Source: Lenisia limosa
Taxonomy: Eukaryota; Protista; Breviatea
DNA length: 42,861 nt
Assembly: GCA_001655205.1 (NCBI GenBank)
Contig: LPNZ01004383.1
Coordinates: forward strand, 1 to 42,861
Direction of reading: 5' to 3'
This document shows, piece after piece, positions 11,601 through 22,700 of this stretch. A program made the translations under genes and the position numbers. Numbering within the stretch: position 1 is the first letter of the stretch; each line of letters starts with the position of its first letter. The notes beneath the pieces were generated by a model, which was not told the origin of the DNA, searched no databases, and saw only the letters and a program-made list of their open reading frames with translations.

Positions 11601-14600
11601 GCCAGTTGGGAATGCTAATGTCTCCACAACACCCCCCATCCCCTTCACCTTTTAACCTAGCCTGTCTCTGAGCTCTTCGACCAATCTCGTCGTTGTGCTC
11701 CAGGTTGCTGTGCTCGGATCTGGCGCTGGGCTCAAATGTGGGCAAATGGCCATAGCCAGCATCAGACTCCACTGAGGACTGTAGAGGTAAACCCTGGTAT
11801 CCACAGACAACAAATAAGTGTCTGAAAAACGAAATGTGATGCTGCTCCAATATTAACATGATGATACGAATAAAATGAAGAGGAGACCAGCAAACCTCGC
11901 TTTCTTCACTGCTTGACTGGGCAGTCTCATCCAAAAGAGCTTCCTCTCTCAGCGGGTCAACCTGGATGTCTGTGGCCGATGGCACGTCATACGGCGGGAC
12001 TGCGGTGTTAGCAAGTTCTGAAAATAATAGCTGATATCAGCGAGCAAACACACAGTGGGACTCGTGATTTGAATGGCTACGCACGCTACTGCCGTCATGT
12101 TGGCTTTCGGTATCTCGAACAACAGGGGTCTCCTCAGAGCTAATCAGCATAAATGAAGCAATTCAATGGTAGTCTCAATCATGAGCAGATAATGGGATGA
12201 CAGACTCCTCATACTCTTGGGCCTTCTTTCTCTCCTGTTGGCGAGCCCTCTCAGCCTCGTCGCGAGGAGAGGGCTGCGCCGACACCCCAAGGTCATCGCG
12301 GTACAGAGGTCCGTCGGACTCGTTGTCTTCTGCTGCCTCTTCACGCTCACCTGAATTGTAAGTCCGCACCTCCATTTCTTGGTTTTGTAATGTAATACTA
12401 TTTCTTTAAAGCAGTTTATATTTGTGTATATCACAATTTTTCGGGAAAGAGAAACGTGTGAAAGAGAACTATGGTTAGAGAACTATGGTTACCAAGCCTA
12501 CTGTCCGACCCCGGCTGCCACTTGCTCCGATGGAACTGATCAAGGGTGTCACGTGCACGGGGAGGAGGCGCCCGTGGGGTGCGTCGGACCCAACCAGTTG
12601 AGGCTGGCGTGGATGGCCGACTCGAAACTTGCTTTTGAGGAGTGGATGGTGCTGGAGAGTCACGGAAGCACTTCGACAAACTATGATCCCCCCCTTTCCC
12701 AATACTTTGAGAAGACGGTGTTTCCTCGTCCTCGTCACTGTCTTTTTGGGTTGTTTTACTCCACACAGGTTTTCGCGACCATGGTAGAGTTTTAGCTGCT
12801 TTCTGGGCTTCTTTTCGAAGTTTTCTGTTGGCGCGGAATACCTGTCAAGTTGTCAATCAGAAGCCTTTCAAGTTGTTCAAAGAATGTAATACAGGCCGAT
12901 TGTACCTCTAATTCGTCTTCACTGGACGTGACAAGTTCTTCCTTGAAGGTCGCTTTGATTTGATCCTCAGAGTCCGAGGATGATGATGCTGAGATCATTA
13001 CTACTGCCCACATATCACAACGTCCCTTCTGCATTGGAAACTTAGAATAGACATGAGCTCCGTTTCATTTATTTCCAGTACTATGATATCGCCCTACTCA
13101 CAGAAGTCACTGACAGGGTTGCCATTGATGAGGCTGAAGTAGTTTGAATGCTGGACGCGAGCCTTCTTCACCTCGCGTCGCCGCTTGCTTGCCTCAAGAA
13201 CTTTCTCCATCTCACGCTTCCGAAGCCTCTTCTTCCGAGCGGCATCCTCCTCATACGGCTTCTGCGGCTCATCAACAATAGCGGACCAGCCGTCAGGCAG
13301 TTCGTTGCGGCTACGCGGCTTGAGACTTTCCTTCGCCTTCGCAACAGGCAACTTTCGACTATGCTCACTTTGCCAGGGCTATCAGGGTTAACGAAAGCAA
13401 AATAAATTATCAAGTGGAAAGGAGTTTTGAAATGATTCAGCTTCGGTTTCGCCTTTTACGGTCAAAGCAGATATTATTATATAATTGGTGCATGGGGCAG
13501 TGAAATCAACAAGAGGGTATACTTACCTTTTTGGCCAGAGGAATAAGGACATCATCGTCTTCACTTTGATGGTAGTCCAGGGATTGATCAGAGTCTTTTT
13601 CCGCCTCGTCAGATTCACTGAATAGTGTGACCCCAAACAAAAATAATTATTGCAACATGATGAAATACTACGTGGTAATTGGGGAAACGGAGTTCTATTA
13701 TCGTTTAGAATTACAGTTTGCCCAACAAACTCTGAGTCAGAAGGATTAGGACGTGTGAGAGAGGAAGTGGGTATGGGGTCTGAGCGCTTAGCGGCGGGAG
13801 TGATAGCCGAGGCTGGGGTGAAAGATCTGGATTTGCTTTTACGCGACTTCTGAAGATATTATAAACGGCAGACAAGGTAAGAAGCAGTAACGCAGCCTTA
13901 CGCTGGGGGTGTGGCTGGGGGTACTTCCGAGGCGAGTTGCCGGTGCGGGGCGATGCCTTCTCGAGTCCAAACGCGGCAACACGCGACTGTGGTGTCAAGG
14001 TGCCAACAAGCCTCGTGTTCATGGGCAATACAGCGAGTTCAATTGTTTGACTTGTTTAAATATATGAGAAATAAGGCTTTTGAAATATGTTCAGAGTCAC
14101 ATCACCAATACTCACGTGGATGGCGAGGCCCACGGAGATTCCATTTTACTGCTCACGGACGCGATATCATCCGACTCGGACAGCGACTCCTCGCTGGATT
14201 CAATGTCGTCGGGGTGTCGTGGCGTATATCTTGGCGGCAACGTCGGCTTAGTGTAGCGCTGCCCAAATTCCCAGCCTTTTCCTGGAGGGGAACGTGAAAA
14301 AGAAGAGGGGGAGGGGTTACGGGGGTTATCAAAAGGTACACAAACAAAACAAAACACAAAGCAAACCAAAGCAAAAACAATCAGTCCCAGCTAAATTGAA
14401 GCAAAATCCCATCTGAGACAAATACAAAACTGGGGCAATTGGTATGGAAAGAAGCCACAAATATTCTTATGATGAAAGGCAAAGCTTGAAATTCAATGCA
14501 TCAATCATCTGGCAGGTCTCAATAAACGTTACCTGCATATTCAGGGCGAACAGGATCTTCATCAGAGGACTCACTGAACTCTTCACTGCATATTTTAGAA

Positions 14601-14754
14601 ATACGATGTCTCTCAAAAGATCTATTAAAATTTGCCAAGAAATGGTAAGGAAGTTTGCAATTATCAGTTGACCGTTGGCGAACCTTGGAGGAGAGGGGAG
14701 GGAATACATCGAAAGAATCCGCTTAGCGGTGGCATCCCGATGTGAAGGAGCCAT
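8683..14754 (-). CDS. Ras GTPase-activating protein: long low-complexity N-terminus, RasGAP domain, and C-terminal CaaX (SKKGCVVQ*)
   Basis: Spliced translation gives the RasGAP motifs TSTLFRENS (arginine finger), VYGREWLRKVLIDP, EIDP, GSFLFLRFINPALVTP and KVLQNLANDAAFGSKE. The 56-nt intron at 11239-11294 (CTAAC branch point, TTTTAG acceptor) joins the upstream S/E/R/P-rich exons in frame. N-terminal exon boundaries are less certain. Confidence 0.85.
8844..8920 (-). repeat. Dispersed repeat, copy B, in the last RasGAP intron (8724-8984)
   Basis: Matches copy A over ~57 nt and copy C over ~45 nt. Confidence 0.8.
11532..11598. repeat. 30-bp tandem repeat (GGGAACAAACACCAATARACTTCCGTTCGT) in a RasGAP intron, truncated by an N-gap
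   Basis: At least two near-identical adjacent units plus a partial third, with no spacers. Confidence 0.85.
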
Positions 14755-15083
14755 TTTAGGGCTGTACGAAGAGGGAGGCCTCTTAATAATATGACAAAAA
14801 ACAAAAGTTAATGTTCACTGTCCATTATATTAATTATAAAACTCTGCGCAGTTAAGCACTTAATCAAAATTGCTTTGTTCCAGCTTGGTTCCTGCCAAGT
14901 TCCCGCCCTCCAGCGTTTTTTTTCATAAAAGGTTCCGGCACGGGTTGTTCAAAAAAAATGCCTTAAATTCATAAATTGTTCATAAATTGAGATTGAGAAG
15001 CACAGAAGAAGCACAAACTCTTTGAAAACTCTGCACAAACTAGAAACTAGACACAGAACAAGACCTTCTGTTTTTTGGGAACA
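14755..15083. promoter_or_regulatory. Putative bidirectional promoter region between RasGAP (-) and NDH2 (+)
   Basis: Divergent start codons are 329 bp apart. Inferred from geometry only. Confidence 0.4.
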
Positions 15084-18000
15084 ATGATTCGTCTTGCCCA
15101 TGGACGCTACGTATGTATTCTACATGTAATTCGAATTTTCTAATACACTGTAGCTTGGAATGGGGCTCAGGCACTTCAGTCGTGCAGTCACTGGTAAGTT
15201 TCCTTTTACTGTTTGTTCATCATCTTTCATCATCTTGTGTTGGTTTTGTTTTGCCTTTTTTTTCATACTACCAAATAATTACATTTTTACTTAACTCAAA
15301 AATATTATAAAAACAGGAAATGCACTCACACTGTTAAACCTCTCACCTTCGCTCTAATAGTGTAGGGAAATGCACGCCTTTAAATCGTGTCACAGCCTCT
15401 CTTTCCACAATCTTTCCTGGTTTGAGGTCCTACGTATTGACTGAAGTGCAAGAATACATTTTTTTTATGTTTGGTTTTTGAACTTATAAAGGATAGGTTT
15501 TGTACAGCGCTATCGGAACAGAATCGCCAAGCCTCATGCTCACAGAGAGAAAGTCACCATTCTTGGAACTGGATGGTGGGCATTTTAATCTATTTTGAGG
15601 TGTTTAATAGGGATTGAGGCTTCCGTTCAGACATTTGTGAATCAATCATATTCTGACTCTCCAGGGGAGCCATTAATATGTTGCGGACATTAGACACCTC
15701 TCTTTACGATGTAACAGTTGTTTCTCCTCGCCCCTTCTTCGTCTTTTCCCCTCTTTTGCCATCGTGAGACTGGCTGACGTGTATTTGGTTTTAAAGATAG
15801 CAAGATTATTACATTTCTGTATACAGATAATGAAGAAAATAACATATTACAGAGTTTCAGTGGGCACTATTGATTCAAGGTCAGTTATCGACCCAATCAG
15901 ACGGTTCTGCAAATCTAAGAACAAGGTGGGACCAGGAGTGGTGAAGGAAAGTTGACCACATACGATGTGGATTGATATACTAGGATGTTACTTTTTACGA
16001 GGCTGAATGCACATCTGTAAACTTTGAAGAGAAGACACTCCGCTGTATTGGTATGATGAAGTTTTTCTTTCGAACATCTCAATTATTTACTTTATCTCTT
16101 TGTGCTCATCAATGATAGAAGTTAACAACGCTGTGAAGAACCCACCTGAATTGACCTTGGATTACGATAAACTTGTTGTGGCTGTGGGAGCGACAAACAA
16201 TACCTTTAATGTGAGTTGCTTTTTAATGCATAATACTTAGGCTTTGCTTCTGGGCTCCTCTTTGTATCTTTGTTTACCTTCAGGTACCTGGTGTGAAGGA
16301 ACATACCGTTTTTATGAAGGAAGTAGAAGGCGCTGAAAAGGTTTGTTGTTGTGTTTAATGAAAGCCCAAGTTCCGGCCTTTGTTTTCATAAGTGTGTCTT
16401 TCATCAACAGTAAAATGCTCCATTGTCCAATTCTTTTTGACTTAGCAGGTTCGCAACCGCATTATGACGTGTCTTGAAAGTGCCTCTATGCAATGCAAAC
16501 ATGGCCATGGTTGTGCGCCATGCTCACAGAAGAACAGTGAGTTGCAGAGGCTCCTGAGTTTCGTCATTGTTGGCGGCGGACCCACTGTAAGAGGGTGGGG
16601 TCTGATTCTTTGAGAACATTTCTTATTTTTAAGGGTGTAGAAGTTGCTGCAGAAATCCACGATTTGGTGCATGATGAAGTGTCCAAGTACTACCCTCACC
16701 TCCTCCCATTTATCAACATCACTCTGGTCGAGGCCTTAGACAGCATCTTGGGCATGTTTCCCCATCGCCTCATCGACTGTTTGTGTTTTTTGTACCTCTT
16801 TTTAGCCTATATTAATCTTGTGCTGGTAATCACGCTTTTTTCAAAATAATACAATTTGTTAACAACTGGTAACGAAGTATCAGCTTTTGGCCAAGCAATA
16901 CTATATAAATGGATGAAGTGAATCTTTTCCCATTTTACGTGTTTCATCATTACCTACTTTCGTAAATTCACTATTCATAGACGCGTCTGACAACTTTGCC
17001 CGGAACGGAGTCAAGATTTTAGTTAATACTACTGTCAATGAGGTGGAGGATGAGTCCGTCAAAATTTGTCGTGCTGACGGGTCATGTGACACCCTCCCTT
17101 CTGCTCTAACTGTGTGGGCTACTGGTTGGTGGGGGGGAGGGTGCTTACAAGACAGTGATGTTTGAGAGTGAGCATGTCTTCATGAAAGTTGGATTTGAAC
17201 GTGATGTGTGGTTGCCTCCTTGATCATGTAGGAAACACAAATTGGCCGTTAGTACAAGTCATTATCAACAGTATTGACGAACAAACTGGCAGAAATCTTA
17301 TGGTGGACTCAGAGCTGAAGGTATACGTCATGCACGCTATTTGGATGAGCTTCTTTTGTGTTATATTGCTTACCTTGATATAGTAAACACATCGGTCACA
17401 ATAACTGTCTTCTAGTTGGCTGGAGTTGATGATGTCTTTGCAATGGGTGACTGTTGTTCTACCCCTGAACACCCTCCAACTGCCCAGGTGTGCAGGGTGT
17501 TTGCTCAGGAAATCATTTTTAACCTTTGGTCCTGAGTTTTACGACTGTATCAATTGTTTTACGTCTTCAGGTGGCCAGTCAACAAGGATCCTATTTAGGG
17601 AAGGCTTTCACAGCAGTTGCGAAAAGTTGGTTTCCTCTGTTCTTTTTTTTTGGATGTTATTTCTCTTGTTTTTCTGAAATGGTGCTACTTTGCCCTTTTG
17701 ATAATATCATAAAATCAGTGTTTGAACAATTCAGACCAATCGCCTGGGTGCTTTCTGTTCTTCAAGCACGGAATGATGGCTTATGTCGGAGGCAACAAAA
17801 GCGTCATGGATGTTGGTGGTATTATTAGAGCTCCGGGCAATTAATACAATATATAATGATAATTAATACATATTATGACAAAATAAAAGGAGTATTAATA
17901 AAAAAGTAATACTGAAGAAACAGAAAAAACAGAAAACAGATGAACAAAAAAATACGCAATGGAACACTTTTTTTAATAAAATTGTTCTGAGACAATCAAC

Positions 18001-18419
18001 GAACAAAAAAAATAGTGTAAATAAATATAATACTCGTATATTAATATACATCACATATTAATACGTATTAATAAAATATTAATTTTGATATTAATACATA
18101 TTTATTCATATATATGTATATATATATATGATATATATTAAAAAAAAAGTAATATCGATAAGAATAATACTATTATTATTATTGACGATGAAAAATAATA
18201 CATGCCCGGAGCTCTAGTATTTATGTTATACAAAAGAAATGTAATTACACGTATCTGTTACTTGCTCAGGTTATGGGATTCTCTTCAGGTGGCTTTATGA
18301 CCTGGCTGGTTTGGAGAGGATTCTATTGGAACTCGCAGTACTCTCTCAGGAACACTTGTCTTCTCCTCATCGATTGGGCAAAAACTGGAATATTTGGAAG
18401 AGATGCGTGTCATTATTAG
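15084..18419 (+). CDS. NDH2: Type II (alternative, rotenone-insensitive) NADH dehydrogenase of the NDA/Ndi1 type, probably mitochondrial; ~17 exons
   Basis: The first Rossmann motif is [11 protein letters not shown]. Other motifs are [10 protein letters not shown], the second motif [21 protein letters not shown] (acidic residue typical of NADH preference), FAMGDC, PTAQVASQQG and the C-terminal WRGFY...[11 protein letters not shown]. The N-terminus is Arg-rich and presequence-like, and no EF-hand insert is seen. Confidence 0.95.
17828..18214. mobile_element. 387-bp AT-rich MITE-like element in the last NDH2 intron
   Basis: Perfect 12-bp terminal inverted repeats (GAGCTCCGGGCA...TGCCCGGAGCTC) flanked by TA on both sides (17826-27, 18215-16). 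Removing it leaves a normal ~69-bp intron. Confidence 0.8.
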
Positions 18420-19206
18420 AGCCTTCTTGTTTTATGTTCATGTACTCTATTTATATAATTGTTTTACAAACACAAAAGAGATGGTATGAAGTTAACATTG
18501 CCTAAAAGAAGTTGCGTTCTTGAGTGATTCCTGCATTTAAATGAGAATATCTCGTCCAACCCGTTGCCAAATTGCCAAAACCATGGGTAGTATAAGGTAA
18601 AAGATATGCACACCCCATGGCCAAAACCTAGGAGGAGTTTTTAAGTATATATGTACTTTAGTTGCATATTTAATTTGTATCTAACATTTATTTCCCTGAG
18701 CCGGCCATTTCATGAAAGGACAGCAGTCCAAAGACTTGGACTGGACCCACGCGTGGTTGGACCGCGGAATACAAATTTTTGAAATTTATTCTTAGTCCCG
18801 GTCCCGATGCCCGATGATGCCCCGAGCTTGATTGTTCGTGTTTGTTGATGCGTTGGCAGATCATTGGGTTGAAGAAAGCGATATCTTCTCCAGTCTTCTT
18901 GGAGTAGAAAAAATTCTGGGAAAATTTGATGATGAATCAACAGTGAAAGATTGGTGAGTGACGATGAATGGCTCCAAAATGGCACAACAGACGCAAGAGA
19001 CTTGTAAGAGACAGTACTTGAGTCGGGTTTCCAGTCAATTTCTAATTACACTTATTGCCTAATTAGGAAAGTTATGTGTTTCCTAAATTGGAGCCTTTTG
19101 ATAGCCTATTTTCTCATTGAGAAATACTCAACAGATTTGGTACCACCGAAACACCTGATTAATCAGGCATATCCATTCTACAGTTCCATATAGCCGGGTA
19201 ACCAAG

Positions 19207-22200
19207 ATGATGAAGTCTTTAATGATCTCTCTTTTTGCACTTTTTATCTTAATTACTTCTGTATACTCCAATGGTAAGATAAAACATGTTTTTGATTTAT
19301 TATCGTTTATGGTGAAAAGATTTATTGTTATTTTAGCCACTTTTTTGCTCTTTCCGACTTATATTGTCTAATAATTTTAGAATATGAGATTGGAGAATAC
19401 ATGGTCAGCCTTAACGATATGACTCATGATGCTGTCTTAAAGGAGACTGGTCCTACTTATGTAGTCAAGTATTTTACTACTTGGTGTGGTCATTGCAAGC
19501 GTCTGAAGCCTGGTATGTGGAAATATTGTGATTCACTAAAATAATAATGCCTATCTTGACCTCTTCCTCTGCTATCCCATGCTCTATTATTTTTGTGAAT
19601 ATTTTTTATAAAGTTGTATTTGGGATAGCACCTGCCATTCTTCTAAGTACACTCTTGAGTAACCATTTCTAGCTTGGGACGAACTTGCCGAGAATCTTGC
19701 AGACAATGAAGATGTGATTGTTGCTGAAGTTAATTGCGAGGAGAATTCTGGTGAGTTTTTTTGACAAGCAAAAGGAAACCCATTTTTCAAAATTAGAATA
19801 TCTGAATGACAGACATTTAGAACTCTGCAAAGAAGTTGATGTTGATGGTTATCCGACTATTTACAAGTGGCAAGGTGGAAAAGTTACAGGAGCTTTCAGT
19901 GGACCTTTTGAGGCANNNNNNNNNNNNNNNNNNNNNNNNNNNNNNNNNNNNNNNNNNNNNNNNNNNNNNNNNNNNNNNNNNNNNNNNNNNNNNNNNNNNN
20001 NNNNNNNNNNNNNNNNNNNNNNNNNNNNNNNNNNNNNNNNNNNNNNNNNNNNNNNNNNNNNNNCTGACGATGTCACCATGCTCACCCTTGACAACCACGC
20101 TGATGTTCTTGGTGACGGTGAAACTCATATTGTCCTCTACACCGCTAGCTGGTGTCCTCCTTGTATGTTTTCTGTCCTTTATTAGCTTAAGCTAAAATAC
20201 TGTCTTTTGTATTGTTATTGTTAAGGCCAAGACATGAAGCAAGCCTACGTCGACACTGCCGAAAATGTCAAAATGGATAAGGTGCACTTCCATGCCGTTG
20301 AATGTACCCAAGAAGGAAGTAAGCGTCGTTTGAATGGAGACATTGCAGAGTGAACTTAAATGTAATATATTTTAGTGGTCTGTGCTCAGATGCGTCTTGA
20401 GGGATACCCTGCTGTAATCAAGCACCTCAATGGCGAAGAGGAGCTCTTTGAAGGTCTCCGCAGTGCCCCAAAGATGCAAGCCTGGGCAAAGGGTTGGTTT
20501 ACTATTTATCATTTTCTATTTATACATTTATAGAAGAAATTGAACCCAACCGTGAGGAACCTCGTGCTCTTGAGAAGCCTGAGGAGAAGAAACCAGAAAA
20601 GAAACAGAAGAAACAGCAAAAGAAGAAAACTACTCCTCCACGTGAAGTAGGCGTCACAACAATGACTATTCTTACCATTCAAGGTCAAGCCCGGAGAAGG
20701 ACATGTTCAAATCCTCACTGAACAAAACTTTGTTGAGAAGACTGAAACTGGGGTTTGGGCTGTCAAATTCTATGCACCATGTAAGCTGCCGACGTGTACT
20801 AACTTTTCATCCATTTTCCATCTTGTTTCAACTAATATTATTTGTTATTTTACTACTTAGGGTGCGGCCACTGCAAGCAACTTGCTCCCAAGTGGGTTGA
20901 CCTTAGCAACCAGTTTGCTGAGGAGGAAACTGATGTCCCTGTCCACATCGCTGAAATGGACTGCACTGAGAACAAGCCTGTCTGTGAAGGCCTCTCCATC
21001 ACTGGCTATCCCACTCTCAAGGTTTGTAATATAATCTAACCTGTAATTCTCTGAATTATTGGAGTATTGATAACATATTTAGATCTTCCGTGAAGGTGTT
21101 CCTACTGACTACTCTGGACAAAGGGAAGTCAAGGACCTTCATGACACTATTATGACTATGACAGGGTTAGTTTCCGTCACTATCTTTGTGCAAATTTTCC
21201 CTCCCAATTTTACAGTCTAGACCCGTTTTAACTGAAGTCATGACTGAACAAGAATACCAGAAGGCTGTTGAAAACACTAATCATGCAATTGCTCTTTTCA
21301 ATCCTATCACCAAGACTCAGGAGGTACTGAATTTGGAATTTTTTGAAGTTGTGAAAATACAGCATTAACCTTTTAGCAATCCTTCAAACAAGCTGCTATC
21401 AAGTACAAGAGAATGGCTACCTTCATCATGGTCAGAGCGTATGTAGGGAAGCTAATATTGTTGATTATTCCGTGTGTATGTTGGGAAGCTAATACTGTTG
21501 ATTATTCCGTGTAATTAGAAACTACTTTCAAATTTTACAATTTCACATCCCAGTCCTGCCCCCGTTGCTTATGAAGTTGGCTCTACTGCCATGGTTGCTG
21601 TGTCCTCCCATGGTATCCTAAATGACAAGCTCGTTGGTGAAATCAACAAGGTTGGCGCTGAATCTCATTTCCTCATTTACCTTGTCTTCTTGTTTTGTTT
21701 ACCGTTGTAGAACTCTATTGGCGACTTCATGGATTTGCATAGCTATCCTCTTGTCACTAAGCTTGACGTCAAAAATTTCCGCAATTTTGTTCACCAAGAC
21801 CGCTTTACCATGATAGCTGCTCTTAAGAAAGACCAAGTCAATATGTTAGTAACAACAAATACAGTACACCATTTACCAGCCTAGTATGGTCCCTCTGATG
21901 GAAACGATGGCAAGGGAACAGAGAGGCAAAGTGGACTTTGGCTACCTTGATGCTGACGAATATGAATCCTTCATGATGCGCTATGAGTTTACTGGAGAGA
22001 CTCCCTTCTTCGTCATGATTGAGGGAGGCAACGAGGTCCACTGGCCCGTACCCCAGAACATGCATGAGAAAAAGATGCGTGACACTATGCAAGCCATCTT
22101 CAATGGCGAGGTTGGAAACTGCGTTGTTTTGAGACCTGTAATTGGCGAAACTGACACAGTAGGTCGAGTGCTTTGACGACATCAACAAGAAGTGGAGAGG

Positions 22201-22670
22201 TGAGACCAAATCCGCAGTTGAGGTCAACAAGGCTATGGGATACACTGGTACCATCACTCGTGAAACTGTCAGGAAGGCCAAGCCCACCGCCGATATTGTA
22301 AGTGGTTGAAATCACTCTGACTGCAATTGAGGACTTAGTAAACTGACCCTTGTAGCCTACAGATGAGCCTGCTGAGACCCCCAAGAAGGCAAAGAACACC
22401 AAGCCTTCCAAGACTCAGACCCACAACACTGAAGAATCTATGACCAACGACATGATGGACTCTGTCATGACCACTATGTCCCACCCGGCCTCCATTTTCG
22501 TTGGTGGCATTGCCGTCACCATGGCCTCGATGTTCACTTTCTCAGCTGTCAAGGAGAGACTAAGTGAGAGGCTGGTGAGGTCAATTTCAACCTGTACACT
22601 CTGATATTCATTCACTCTTGTAGCCCCCAAGCCAAAGAGAGCTGCCGCTATGAAGAAGAAAAAGATGTAA
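19207..22670 (+). CDS. ER protein disulfide isomerase family, membrane-anchored (TMX-like): signal peptide, three thioredoxin a-domains, b-like domains, TM helix and KKxx tail
   Basis: Active sites WCGHC, WCPPC and WCGHC. There are GYPT/GYPA motifs, a hydrophobic segment (ASIFVGGIAVTMASMFTFSAV) and the terminus KKKKM*. An N-gap at 19916-20063 hides part of the gene. Confidence 0.9.
21439..21512 (+). repeat. 37-bp direct tandem duplication (2 copies, 2 mismatches) at a PDI exon/intron junction
   Basis: GTATGTAGGGAAGCTAATATTGTTGATTATTCCGTGT followed by GTATGTTGGGAAGCTAATACTGTTGATTATTCCGTGT. Confidence 0.9.
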
Positions 22671-22700
22671 AACAGGAAACGGTAATATTGATACATTGAC

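Noticed and set aside
17837-18288. Apparent non-canonical GC-AG intron in NDH2
   Set aside because: A canonical GT-AG model (17812-18269) gives MD|[12 protein letters not shown], and the extra 'codons' belong to the MITE's left TIR.
18710-19130. Exon-like block (DHWVEESDIFSSLLGVEKILGKF) between NDH2 and PDI
   Set aside because: No consistent start, splice chain or family could be built.
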